Shown here in pieces: positions 28,847-38,566 of a stretch of 64,000 bases of DNA. The number at the start of each line of letters is the position of its first letter. The stretch's first letter is position 1. The notes beneath the pieces are model-generated. The model searched no databases, was not told where the DNA came from, and saw only the letters and a program-made list of their open reading frames with translations. Location of the stretch: NCBI GenBank assembly GCA_040755995.1, contig JBFMAF010000026.1, positions 76,889 through 140,888 of the forward strand, in the 5' to 3' direction. The stretch comes from Acidobacteriota bacterium (GTDB taxonomy: Bacteria > Acidobacteriota > CAIWXX01). The position numbers were made by a program, and so were the translations under genes.

Positions 28847-29278
28847 ATGGACGGTGAACGTGTACTGCTGGTGGACGACGAAATCGAGTTCATTCAGACC
28901 CTGTCGGAGAGGCTGGAGGCGCGTGGGCTGACAGTCGAGCTCGCTCAGAACGGGCCAGAGGCATTGAAGAAGGTCAGCGAGGGCCCGTTCGACGCCATTG
29001 TTCTCGACTTGGCGATGCCCGGTATGGACGGTATCGAAACACTATCCCTGTTGCGAAAGGACCACCCGGAGATGCAGGTCATACTTCTCACCGGCCACGC
29101 GACGGTGGAGAAGGGTGTCGAAGCGATAAAGCTGGGAGCGATGGACTTCCTCGAGAAGCCGGTCGGGATTCAGGAACTGATGGAGAAGGTGAAGGAGGCC
29201 CGGGAGAAGCGGCAGGCTGCGGTCGAGGAAAAGACCAAGCAGATGATCGCTGACATAGTGCGAACGAAGGGGTGGTAG
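28847..29278 (+). CDS. Single-domain response regulator
   Basis: VLLVDDEIEFIQTLSERL, VLDLAMPGMDG, LLTGHA, FLEKP. Confidence 0.92.
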   Translation: MDGERVLLVDDEIEFIQTLSERLEARGLTVELAQNGPEALKKVSEGPFDAIVLDLAMPGMDGIETLSLLRKDHPEMQVILLTGHATVEKGVEAIKLGAMDFLEKPVGIQELMEKVKEAREKRQAAVEEKTKQMIADIVRTKGW

Positions 29279-29387
29279 GAGGGCCGGCGCGGGACCCGGA
29301 CCCCTGCCAGGCAGGCAGGCGAGGCATTCCTCGTCGTGCGAGGGCCGTGTTATATTCGATTCAGGGTAGCTGCTCTGAGAGGAACAG

Positions 29388-29798
29388 GTGGAGACTCCGC
29401 GCGAGCTCACTCAGGCCTTGAACGACTGGATCAAGGGCGATCGGGATGCCCTTGCCGAGTTCATGCCGCTTGTATATGACGAGTTGCGCAGGATGGCTCG
29501 GCGTGCGCTGCGGGGGGAGCGTCCTCACCACACGCTGCAGGCAACGGCTCTGGTAGACGAGCTCTATCTGCGCCTGGTGGGGCTGCACAGCCTCAGCTGG
29601 CAGAACCGGGCGCACTTCTTCGCCATCGCCGCAGAGATGATGCGCCGGATACTGGTCGACTATGCGCGCACGCGCAATCGAGCGAAGCGAGGAGGTGGAG
29701 CGGAGCCGCTGTCATTGGACGTCCGTCCATGTGTCTCGGTCCGTGAGATATCGATGAGCAAAGACAAGGTAGCTTCGAGAGGGCAGACGCTGCAATAG
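29388..29798 (+). pseudogene. ECF sigma factor (TIGR02999-like), truncated before region 4
   Basis: PLVYDELRRMA, HTLQATALV, NRAHFFAIAA..MRRILVDYAR...KRGG; similarity stops near 29720. Confidence 0.8.
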
Positions 29799-29984
29799 GT
29801 AGGCTCCCAGGAGTTTCTCCAGGGCTTGCTGAAACTTCGCCATCGCAGCGTCATAGGGTGGATTGCCATTGTGAATCTCGTCCTGCACTGGAGTCCTCTT
29901 CAGGAATGCGGCGACAAGAAAATCAGCCCACGCCTGGCGCAGGGAAGGTGCGATGAACTTCCCAGCCTCAACTATGTTCCGCAT
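29712..29984 (-). pseudogene. Truncated HEPN-domain-like protein
   Basis: LRQAWADF...YDAAMAKFQQALEKLLGAYL...H resembles HEPN QQAxEK; runs head-on into the broken ECF gene. Confidence 0.5.
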
Positions 29985-30363
29985 GCCCGTTCGTCAGAGC
30001 CTCGGAGATACGTTGCGCCTCGGCGTCGTCCTCCCGTTCGAAAAGTATGTTGCGGGCTTTCCGGACTTTCATCAGCAGCTCATGACCATGGGATCCCGGC
30101 TGTTCCAGCGCCTGAAAGAATTCGTCCGGGCCGATGTAGGTGAGAAGCAGCTTCTTAGTCCCCGCCCGTTGGAGATCGGGCGGAGCAGCGAATTCGAAAG
30201 TATCCCACGATGCATCACCGGGGTTGACGACGCCACGACAGACCTCCAGAACACACACAGTAGTGGGGTCATCGGCCTCGTACTGGACGGCGAGGAGCAT
30301 CGGGGTCTTCGTGTCCTTGAGATGTTCCCTGACGAGATTGTCTAGCAGCTGATTGGCGACCAT
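29968..30363 (-). CDS. Hypothetical protein, possible partner of the HEPN-like gene
   Basis: 131-aa globular-looking ORF with SD GGGGGA, overlapping the HEPN-like start. Confidence 0.6.
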   Translation of the reverse strand: MVANQLLDNLVREHLKDTKTPMLLAVQYEADDPTTVCVLEVCRGVVNPGDASWDTFEFAAPPDLQRAGTKKLLLTYIGPDEFFQALEQPGSHGHELLMKVRKARNILFEREDDAEAQRISEALTNGHAEHS

Positions 30364-30420
30364 GTCATCCCCCTACTGACATTCTGTCCAACCTCATCGT
30401 TTTCGCAATATCATCGTGTG

Positions 30421-30552
30421 GCTCCGCACATCCCGCGGGACCTTGTCAGGGTTGTGATGAAATGCATCGAGAAGGATCCCCGCCTGCGCTACCTGTCGGC
30501 CCAGGCGGTCGCTGAGGATTTGCGCCGGTTTCTAGACGGCGAGACCTCGTGA
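30421..30552 (+). pseudogene. Ser/Thr kinase subdomain XI fragment
   Basis: Manual translation: APHIPRDLVRVVMKCIEKDPRLRYLSAQAVAEDLRRFLDGETS*. Confidence 0.8.
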
Positions 30553-31127
30553 TTGACCCGTCGAATCCCGATCGATTCTTCCGCGCGACTGAGCGCGGTG
30601 TGTTCTCCTACACTCGGAAGGCATCGCCCGGCGGTCCAGTGATCGAACAATTGTCCCCGTCATCCGGGAAACCAGGCGACACAGTCATCCTCAAGGGCAG
30701 CGGCTTCGGGCCGCTGCAGAGCGACAGCAAGATACACTTCTGCACGGTGGATGCGGGCATCGCACAGTCGTGGTCAGACACCAGCATCAAGGTGACAGTG
30801 CCGAACGGTGTGCAATCCGGTCCTGTCACCGTGACCGTCGCGAACAAGAGGAGCAACCCGTACGAATTCATCGTGCTGCCGGTGACGGGCAACGTGTATC
30901 GCACATCCGGCCCGGCCAAAGGCGGCACGCGCGTGACGATCCTGGCTCCATCCGGCACCTCCGGCACGCAGTTCAACGTGCTCTTCGGCTCGATGGTGGC
31001 CGGCAACGTGCGCTTCAGGCAGCCGAACGTGATCACCTGCGACAGCCCGCCCGGCACAGGCACCGTCGATGTGAAGGTGACAAGCAGCGTGACGTCCACC
31101 GCCGTGGGGACGTTCACCTACTACTGA
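30549..31127 (+). pseudogene. C-terminal fragment of a secreted protein with two IPT/TIG domains
   Basis: Begins mid-propeller blade (IDPSNPDRFFRATERGVF); PVIEQLSPSSGKPGDTVILKGSGFG and SGPAKGGTRVTI; no signal peptide. Confidence 0.7.
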
Positions 31128-31216
31128 GAAGTGAGTTCCTTTGGTAAGAGTCGCGACTTGGCCGCCAGGGAGCCGCGGCTGACCGCCTGCTCCAGCGCCA
31201 GTATGCGCCGCCTCGC

Positions 31217-32848
31217 CTACTTGACCTTGTAGCTGACCACGTTGCTGGTCAGGCCGCCGGACACCACCTTCACTTTGTACGTCTTCCCGCTCCTGCACTT
31301 CGACGGTATCGTCACATCCAGCCGGCTCAGCGAGGCTGATTTCGGCGTGACCTTCAGCTTCCCGAAGTAGACGGTGTTCGAGGCTGCGCTGGAGGAGAAT
31401 CCCGAGCCGTAGATGGTGGCGGCCGCCCCCGGCTTCCCCTTCTTGCTCTTGATCGACGTGATCTTCGGTCCGGCGCCAGGAGTGTCTTTCACCGTGACGA
31501 TGGCAATTGAGCTGTCCACCGACCCGCAGGCGTTGGTTACGCGCACCCAATATTCGGCGTTCGCCGTGAGCGGCGGCGTGGTGTAAGCCGGCCAATCGAT
31601 GCCCACGGGGCTGCCAGTGCCAGCTCCCTTGTACCACTGGTACCGCAACGGCGCCGTGCCCGTCGCGCCGACGCTGAGCGTGGCATACTGGCCGCTCGAG
31701 ATTGTCAGGTCGGAGGGCTGAACGTGAATCGCCGGTGGCGTGCATGCGCCGCCCGTCAACGTGGTCCCCGGAAACTCGCCCGTCCGTTCGCTGATCACGG
31801 CGTTCGCGTTGCGGGTGTGTGGGTGGGTGAACGTGTCGGCCACGAAGTAGTACGTGGTGCCCGGGGCGAGCCCGTTGACTGGCATGCTGGTGATTGACTT
31901 GCTCGTGGTGCTGCCGTGCAGCGTGTATGGACCTCCGGGGGTCGTCGAATAGTAGATCCGATACCCGCCGTCGTCGCCCGTGTAGGAGATAGGCGACCAG
32001 CTGGTCAGAATGGATGTGTTGTCGGAACCGAGGGCATGCGGTGCCACCGGCGCCACCGTCTGCGTGCTCTCCCAGTCACCCCCCTGCTTCTGATTCAGAA
32101 ACTCCCGGAGCGATGCGTTCGACGTATGCAGCGCGTTCCAACGGAAGTCGGACCAGTCGTTGACCAGGCCGCTGAGGTTGAGCAGCGAGCTCGGGACCTC
32201 CCCCTCCAGACGGTTCGATGACAGCCCCAATCCGTACAAGGATGTCAGGTTGCCAAGCTCGGCCGGGATGGCACCGCTGAGTTGATTCCTGGAGAGCGAC
32301 AGCCGGCGGATGTTCGGAAGTCCTCCCAGCGCTGGCGGGATGGGACCGCTCAGCATGTTGTCATTCAGGTACAGATCGGACACACTGGCGAGGTTCCCCA
32401 GTTCAGCCGGAATATCGCCGCTGAGCTGATTGTTGCCAAGGGTGAGGGTTTCAAGCTGGAGAAGGCCGCCCAGTGCCGCCGGTATGTTGCCGCTCAGGTG
32501 GTTGCTATCCAGTTGGAGTTCCTTCAGATTGATGAGTTGTCCCAGCTCGGCAGGAATCGTCCCACACAGGTTGTTGTGAGCGAGAAAGACATAGGTGACG
32601 GTCCAGTTCCCGTCGGTGTAGACGAAAGCCCATGTGTTCTCGGTTCCGGGCAACGCGAATCCGTCGTCCGCGAGTGGCGGCGTCCTCCAGCCGGTGTTGT
32701 TATTCCAACCGTCCCCGTTCGTGCTGTTGTAGAGCGCGATCAACGCGGCGCGTTCCTCGGGAGGTATCGCGGCCGAAACCGGTCGCCCCAGCGACCCGAG
32801 CAGGAACGCAGCCGTGAACGGTGCCCACAGTGCCCTCTTCACAATCAT
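31217..32848 (-). CDS. Secreted LRR-FN3-Ig-IPT/TIG protein, copy 1
   Basis: Signal peptide; ERAALIALYNSTNGDGW cap; 24-aa plant-type LRRs (LxLxxNxLSGxIPxxLG); GLAPGTTYYF; LRYQWY; IPT; SD AGGAGG. Confidence 0.9.
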   Translation of the reverse strand: MIVKRALWAPFTAAFLLGSLGRPVSAAIPPEERAALIALYNSTNGDGWNNNTGWRTPPLADDGFALPGTENTWAFVYTDGNWTVTYVFLAHNNLCGTIPAELGQLINLKELQLDSNHLSGNIPAALGGLLQLETLTLGNNQLSGDIPAELGNLASVSDLYLNDNMLSGPIPPALGGLPNIRRLSLSRNQLSGAIPAELGNLTSLYGLGLSSNRLEGEVPSSLLNLSGLVNDWSDFRWNALHTSNASLREFLNQKQGGDWESTQTVAPVAPHALGSDNTSILTSWSPISYTGDDGGYRIYYSTTPGGPYTLHGSTTSKSITSMPVNGLAPGTTYYFVADTFTHPHTRNANAVISERTGEFPGTTLTGGACTPPAIHVQPSDLTISSGQYATLSVGATGTAPLRYQWYKGAGTGSPVGIDWPAYTTPPLTANAEYWVRVTNACGSVDSSIAIVTVKDTPGAGPKITSIKSKKGKPGAAATIYGSGFSSSAASNTVYFGKLKVTPKSASLSRLDVTIPSKCRSGKTYKVKVVSGGLTSNVVSYKVK

Positions 32849-33155
32849 GTCAAACCTCCTCAGCCGATCCTCTTCGTTCCCTTCATCTGAAATAGGCGAC
32901 AAAAGGCAGCCAAGGGGCTCACCCGCAGGCAACTCCAACAACATCGTCAGAAAACGATACACGTCGTCGCGCCGATCTCCCACCGGCGAGCACCTTCACC
33001 TTCGTCATGGCTTTGACTTTGGATCGGCCTTGTGGCATCGTAATCCGGCATCACGCGAGTCGCTCCGGTGCATGTCCTGAGGCTATGGTGGTCCGGCTAG
33101 TTGGCACGTACGATCCCGTTCCGCCCATAAATTGTGAGGAAAAGGAGTCAACGCA

Positions 33156-33887
33156 ATGAACATCCGCAGAACGTTTGCGATGGCGCTATTGCTCTGTCTG
33201 GCAGCAGGTGCCTCGACAGTTTTCGCTGATTCGGCTGATCCGGAAATCGACTGGATCATGGCCCTTTCCGGCATCCAAGCCACCACGGTCAAGCACGCGG
33301 GAGGCCGGGTTGACGTAGTGTGCACACTCGTCGGAAACACCTCCGGTCTCATCGGCACAATTCGCGAGGGGCTCAAGAAGAGAGGATGGACGATCGCGGA
33401 GGGGTCTGACGTCCAGGCGGTGGGAGCCAGCGTGAGCAAGATCGTGGCGGAAAAGGCGGGCATGCACCTCCTGGTTTCCACTCAAGAGGTGGGTGTGCTC
33501 CAGTCGATGCAGTTGAGCCTCACCAAGTCCGGCGCGTCGGGAATGCCCGCGACGAGCACGACCAAGCAGGCCGAGGTCGCAGTTGGTGAGTCCTCTGGTG
33601 CGAGCCAGGCCATCGTCATCGACGACAGCCATCTGGAACGGACCGTTCATTGCACAGCGGGCCAGAAAGTAGTGCTCAACGGCAGCCACAATGAGCTCAC
33701 CATCACGGGGAAGTGCGGCGCGATTGAGCTCTACAGCAGCCACAACCACATCGTCGTAAAGGCGCAGACTGAAAGAATCCGCATCCTCGGCAGCTACAAC
33801 ACCGTCGAATGGTCGAAGAGCGCCAATCCGACTGCGCCTCAGGTCGCCAACCTGGGTTCTGACAACGAGGTGGAGGCGATTGAGTAA
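33156..33887 (+). CDS. Secreted protein with DUF3060-like C-terminal beta-repeat domain
   Basis: Signal peptide; VVLNGSHNELTITGKCGAIEL..SHN...ILGSYNTVEW...LGSDNEV. Confidence 0.75.
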   Translation: MNIRRTFAMALLLCLAAGASTVFADSADPEIDWIMALSGIQATTVKHAGGRVDVVCTLVGNTSGLIGTIREGLKKRGWTIAEGSDVQAVGASVSKIVAEKAGMHLLVSTQEVGVLQSMQLSLTKSGASGMPATSTTKQAEVAVGESSGASQAIVIDDSHLERTVHCTAGQKVVLNGSHNELTITGKCGAIELYSSHNHIVVKAQTERIRILGSYNTVEWSKSANPTAPQVANLGSDNEVEAIE

Positions 33888-34007
33888 GCGGTAGACGCAA
33901 AGAACTGCGCCGGGCTGGGCCCACTGTTTGCCAGGACGCCAGCCGTCGGCGACTCCAAGCGCCTCGAGAGGACGGGCAGGCTGGCGCCGCTGCGGCGAGG
34001 CGCTCCG

Positions 34008-35252
34008 TCAGTAGTCGGGCAGGTCCACCACTTTCCAGTAGTTGCCCGTCCCGCCGATGTTCTCGATGATGTTCAGCGATGTGGCGTGTGTCTGGCGGTT
34101 GATGTTGTTCATGATCCGGAACATGTTCTGCCGCGCCTGCGCCTCGCGCATCTGATCGTACATGGTGCCTTTGCTCGCACCTGCACGGGATGGGGCAGAA
34201 TACTGCTGGGGCTGGGCCGGCGGGCCGACCTGGGCAGCATATTGTGCGCGGAACTGCTGCTGTTGCGACGGCGTCAACCTGCTCCAATTGCCCTCCATCA
34301 GCTGCCAGAGCAGGCTGGCGGAGCAGACCAGCTGCTTCTGCTCCACCGTCATCTGCGGGAAACGGCCCATCAGGTCGCTCTCCACGGATTGGCGCAGTGA
34401 ATCCGTCAACTGCACGGGCTGACCCGACAATCCGGAAAGAAACGCGAGATACCGAACCATGCCGGTCACATCCCGGTCCGTCAGGACTGACTGTGTTGCC
34501 GCGTCGTACGCCAGAACACGGATGTGCCGGTTCATCACCTGGATCATGAGCGGCTTCTCCGATTCCGGCAGCTCGCGCGATGCCAGGTAGAGAGCCGCAA
34601 AGAGCTGCTGGCGGGCGAGCCCGATGCGAAGCGGGTCGGTCAGCGTGTAGAGCTGTTGCAAGGATCGGTTCAGGCTCTCCAACTCCTGCGTGTGCCTCTC
34701 CGGCTGTTGATTGAACTCCAGGATGCAGCGATCCTCGAGCTCCTTCGCCTCAGCTGGGGTCACCGGCTGGCCGATGATGAACTGGAGCAGCCCGATACCG
34801 GCGCTCACCTGGCCGCGCGACAGCGCGTAGGCTCCAGCGCGCGCCAGGACCGTGTTGTCCGTGTTCACTGCCGCAGCAGGTGAGGTCGGAGGTGCGCCCG
34901 AGGGAGGCGAGGCAGTCGACTGGCGGAGAAAGCGCATCTGCACACCGTTGCCATCCTGAAGCACCAGCTCCGTCGTGGTGAGCTGCAGCACCGCATACTG
35001 CACAGGAGCCCCGCCGGCAGCGTCCTGGAGCCAGAGGACGTTGCCGGAGACACCGCAGCGCCCCTGGCTGCGGCCGTTTGCGTGCTGCAGGCCATATGAC
35101 CCGTCGGCCGCGAGGACCAGCGTGATGCCGTACTGGCTGTCAACCCACGTCCCATCCAGCGTCTGTGCGTCGGCGCCCGTCCCCGGCGCTAGAAGGACCA
35201 GACACGACCACAGCACAATCGACTGTGCGATACTTGGATTCCTCGCCGCCAT
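34008..35252 (-). CDS. Secreted hypothetical protein (N-terminal beta-barrel-like domain, helical body)
   Basis: Signal peptide ending ADA-Q; LDGTW motif; long Gln/Leu-rich helical region. Confidence 0.7.
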   Translation of the reverse strand: MAARNPSIAQSIVLWSCLVLLAPGTGADAQTLDGTWVDSQYGITLVLAADGSYGLQHANGRSQGRCGVSGNVLWLQDAAGGAPVQYAVLQLTTTELVLQDGNGVQMRFLRQSTASPPSGAPPTSPAAAVNTDNTVLARAGAYALSRGQVSAGIGLLQFIIGQPVTPAEAKELEDRCILEFNQQPERHTQELESLNRSLQQLYTLTDPLRIGLARQQLFAALYLASRELPESEKPLMIQVMNRHIRVLAYDAATQSVLTDRDVTGMVRYLAFLSGLSGQPVQLTDSLRQSVESDLMGRFPQMTVEQKQLVCSASLLWQLMEGNWSRLTPSQQQQFRAQYAAQVGPPAQPQQYSAPSRAGASKGTMYDQMREAQARQNMFRIMNNINRQTHATSLNIIENIGGTGNYWKVVDLPDY

Positions 35253-35329
35253 CGGTTCACCCCCGTTTGATGTTTGGCTCATGTTCTGCAGTGTGGTGTC
35301 CTACTCCAGCGCCGGCACAACCGCCTCGC

Positions 35330-36964
35330 CTACTTGAGCTTGTAGCTGATCACATTGCTGGTCAGGCCGCCGGACACTACCTTCACCTTGTACGTCTTGC
35401 CGCTCCTGCACTTCGACGGTATCGTCAGGTTGAGCCGGCCCGACGAAGCTGATTTCGGCGTGACCTTCAGCTTCCCGAAGTAGATTGTGTTCGAGGCCGG
35501 GCTGGCGGAGAACCCCGAGCCGTAGATGGTGGCGGCCGTTCCCGGCTTCCCCTTCTTGCTCTTGATCGACGTGATCTTTGGACCGGCGGCAGGAGTGTCC
35601 TTCACGGTGACTATGGCGATTGAGCTGTCCACTGCCCCGCATGCATTGGTCACGTGCACCCAGTATTCAGCGTTCGCCGTAAGCGGCGGCGTGGTGTAGG
35701 CCGGCCAATCAATGCCCACCGGACTGCCAGTGCCCGCTCCCTTGTACCACTGGTACCGCAACGGCGCCGTGCCCGTCGCACCGACGCTGAGCGTGGCATA
35801 CTGGCCGCTCGAGATCGTCAGGTCGGATGGTTGGACGTGAATCGCCGGTGGCGTGCATGTGCCACCCGACAACGTGGTCCCCGGAAATTCAGCTGTCCGT
35901 TCGCTGATCACGGCATTCGCGTTGTCGGTGTGTGGGTGCGTGAAGGTGTCGGCCACGAAGTAGTACGTGGTGCCCGGGGCGAGCCCATTGACGGGCATGC
36001 TGGTGATTGACTTGCTCGTGGTGCTGCCGTACAGCGTGTATGGGCCTCCGGGGGTCGTAGAGTAGTAGAGCCGATACCCGCCGTCGTCGCTCGTGTAGGC
36101 GATCGGAGACCAGCTGGTCAGGATGGATGTGTTGTCGGAGCCGACTGCATGCGGTGCCACCGGCGCCACCGTCTGCGTGCTCTCCCAGTCACCCCCCAAT
36201 TGCTTCTGGTTCAGGAACTCACGGAGTGAGGCGGTCGACGTATGCAGCGCGTTCCAACTAAAATCGGAAAAGCCGTCGAGCAGGCCGCTGAGGTTGAGGA
36301 GCGAACTCGGGACGTCTCCCACCAGTCCATTCGACGACAGCATCAATCTGCTCAAGGATGTCAGGTTGCCAAGCTCGGCCGGGATGACACCGCTGAGTTG
36401 ATTCCTGGAGAGCCACAGGAAGAGTATGTTTGGAAGTCCTCCCAGCGCCGGCGGGATGGGACCGCTCAGCATGTTGTCATTCAGGTACAGCTCGGACACA
36501 CTGGCAAGGTTCCCCAGTTCAGCCGGAATATCGCCGCTGAGCTCGTTGCTGTTAAGGACGAGGTTCTCAAGTTGGAGAAGACCGCCCAGTGCCGGCGGAA
36601 TGTTGCCGCTCAGGTGGTTGTTGTTAAGCCAGAGATCCTTCAGGTTCGTGAGTAGGCCCAGCTCAGCAGGAATCGTTCCACACAAGTTGTTGTAAGAGAG
36701 TTTGACGTTAGTGACGGTCCAATTCCCGTCGGTGAAGACGCCAGCCCATGTGTACTCGGTTCCTGGCAACGCGAATCCGTCGCCCGCAAGTGGCGGGGTC
36801 TTCCAGGCGGTGTTGTTATTCCAACCGTCCCCATTCGTGCTGTTGTAGAGCGCGATCAGCGCGGCGCGTTCCGCGGGGGGGATCGCGGCCGAAACCGGTC
36901 GCCCGAGCGACGCGAGCAAGAACGCAGTGGCTAGAAAAGCCCACAGGGCCCTCTTCCCGTTCAT
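35330..36964 (-). CDS. Secreted LRR-FN3-Ig-IPT/TIG protein, copy 2
   Basis: Close paralogue of 31217..32848; duplication includes flanks (31190-32922 vs 35304-37038). Confidence 0.9.
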   Translation of the reverse strand: MNGKRALWAFLATAFLLASLGRPVSAAIPPAERAALIALYNSTNGDGWNNNTAWKTPPLAGDGFALPGTEYTWAGVFTDGNWTVTNVKLSYNNLCGTIPAELGLLTNLKDLWLNNNHLSGNIPPALGGLLQLENLVLNSNELSGDIPAELGNLASVSELYLNDNMLSGPIPPALGGLPNILFLWLSRNQLSGVIPAELGNLTSLSRLMLSSNGLVGDVPSSLLNLSGLLDGFSDFSWNALHTSTASLREFLNQKQLGGDWESTQTVAPVAPHAVGSDNTSILTSWSPIAYTSDDGGYRLYYSTTPGGPYTLYGSTTSKSITSMPVNGLAPGTTYYFVADTFTHPHTDNANAVISERTAEFPGTTLSGGTCTPPAIHVQPSDLTISSGQYATLSVGATGTAPLRYQWYKGAGTGSPVGIDWPAYTTPPLTANAEYWVHVTNACGAVDSSIAIVTVKDTPAAGPKITSIKSKKGKPGTAATIYGSGFSASPASNTIYFGKLKVTPKSASSGRLNLTIPSKCRSGKTYKVKVVSGGLTSNVISYKLK

Positions 36965-37184
36965 TTCAAACCTCCTCTGACGATTGTCTTCGTTCCCTTC
37001 ATCAAGAAATGGCGACAAAAGTCAGCCAAGGGGCTCACGGGCTCCTGTTGACCACACACCGCGCCTCGCACGTGACATTGCGCTGCGCGATCGGGATGCT
37101 GCGGCCGGCCAGCCATGAGACAGGCCTATCGGAAGGGTGCTCAACGAGGGCCAGCAGGAGGTGTGGGGGCGATCGCCTTGGCGA

Positions 37185-37517
37185 TCAGTCAACGATGAAG
37201 ACAGTCGCCCCCGTGGTCGAGTACGCGAGATGCGGATTGGCTTCGTCGTCTCCGGTCTGGAAGCTCAGCCCTGCCGTGAGGACGAACTCGCGGCCGTCTT
37301 TCAGCGCGATGATCAGCTCTCCCTGCAGCACCAGCAACACGTGGCCGCGCGGGCAGTAGTGGTCCGAGCGAAACCCGGGCGAGTAGTCCACGCGCCTGAC
37401 GCGGATGTTTCCCGCCACGAACGTCCGCCAGAACGACGTGCCGCTGTCGCCCGGATGCTCCTCAGCTGGCAGCGTGCTCCAGTCAGTCACAGTGAAAGGC
37501 ACTTGCCCGATGTCCAT
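37185..37517 (-). CDS. DHCW-motif cupin-fold protein
   Basis: PFTVTDW, EHPGDSG, RVRRVDYSPGFRSDHYCPRGH. Confidence 0.85.
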   Translation of the reverse strand: MDIGQVPFTVTDWSTLPAEEHPGDSGTSFWRTFVAGNIRVRRVDYSPGFRSDHYCPRGHVLLVLQGELIIALKDGREFVLTAGLSFQTGDDEANPHLAYSTTGATVFIVD

Positions 37518-37598
37518 GCCAGTCCCTCCGTTTTCGACACCACGCGTGTGGTTCGATCGACAACGCCGGCCGGTCTGTCACCGAATCCCTGCGCTACC

Positions 37599-37928
37599 TC
37601 AGCGCTTCGCCTTCTCGTCGAACTCCAGGAACTCGATGGGAGCGCCGTTGTGTGCGATGAACGCGACCCGTACGCCGGGCGAAGGGCTGTTGGGTGCGAT
37701 GAGGATCTCCTTGCCCGTGATCTCGTCTTCAAGGCAGTCGACTTCGAACGCCACGTGCGGGACAGTCCGAACCAGAAGCGGCAGTGTGCACTCCGGCTCA
37801 AATCGCATCCACTCGACTCCATACGGGCTCTCCTCGTACCCGGCGACGTGGACTTTGAACTCAGCCAGGTACGTCTCGCCGGTGTGCGGAACGGTCGTGG
37901 GAATTCCAAGGTGGTGGTATCTCCTCAT
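37599..37928 (-). CDS. VOC/glyoxalase-like small protein
   Basis: MRRYHHLGIPT, PHVAFEVD, VAFIAHNGAPIEFLEF. Confidence 0.75.
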   Translation of the reverse strand: MRRYHHLGIPTTVPHTGETYLAEFKVHVAGYEESPYGVEWMRFEPECTLPLLVRTVPHVAFEVDCLEDEITGKEILIAPNSPSPGVRVAFIAHNGAPIEFLEFDEKAKR

Positions 37929-38029
37929 TGATGGGGGCTGCCTCCTTCTCGCCGGTACGGGCACGGTCGGCGTGGCATGGAGCGCAGTGGAAACCGCGTC
38001 CGTGTGGAATGCGTTGTCATGCCTGGGTG

Positions 38030-38518
38030 CTACCTCTCCGGCATTGCAGACGAGTGATGGCTGATAATGAGCCATTGCTTGCCATCCCAGCGATAGGTGA
38101 AACTGTATCGTGCCGTAACCTTGGTTCCCGTCTTGGAGAACTCGAAGGTATAGAGCCCGGAATCTACCGCCATGTTGCAGCCAATCTCTATCTGTCGCAT
38201 GTTGATTTCTCCCGAGGGTTGGTCCTCAAGGAAGTGTTGAAAGTAGTCCAGCTTCTCCTCCGGCGTGAGCCGAGGCTTGTTCGAGACTGTGGGCAAGAGA
38301 ATCGACCGCTCAGCATAGTTGTCAACGACTTTCTGTGGATCACCTGTTTGCAGCGATTGGTTCCACCTGTCAAACAATGATGCAATTTCCTGTTCTGTCG
38401 CCGCGACGCGCCTTTCCGTGCAAACCGCGGATGATTGATCGTCGCTGGATGTAGCTGTGGCGCATCCAGTGATGAGCAAGGAGGTGATCACGAGCAGTGC
38501 GGAGAATGGGGCTTTCAT
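38030..38518 (-). CDS. SgcJ/EcaC (COG4875, CaMKII-association-domain-like) lipoprotein; candidate iota-class carbonic anhydrase
   Basis: Lipobox LITGC; LFDRWN, ILLPTVSNKPR, SGLYTF, ARYSFTY, HHSSAMPE. Confidence 0.85.
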   Translation of the reverse strand: MKAPFSALLVITSLLITGCATATSSDDQSSAVCTERRVAATEQEIASLFDRWNQSLQTGDPQKVVDNYAERSILLPTVSNKPRLTPEEKLDYFQHFLEDQPSGEINMRQIEIGCNMAVDSGLYTFEFSKTGTKVTARYSFTYRWDGKQWLIISHHSSAMPER

Positions 38519-38566
38519 GAGTTCTTACTCCTTTGCGCTCTTGAGGAACCTGTTGGGGCATGACGC

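Noticed and set aside
33102..33118. TGGCAC upstream of the DUF3060-like gene
   Set aside because: No GC at the -12 position
31217..36964. Diversity-generating retroelement behind the LRR variation
   Set aside because: No reverse transcriptase in the window; the differences I checked are not adenine-specific (e.g. GCT/TCT, CAC/TAC) and both copies are full genes
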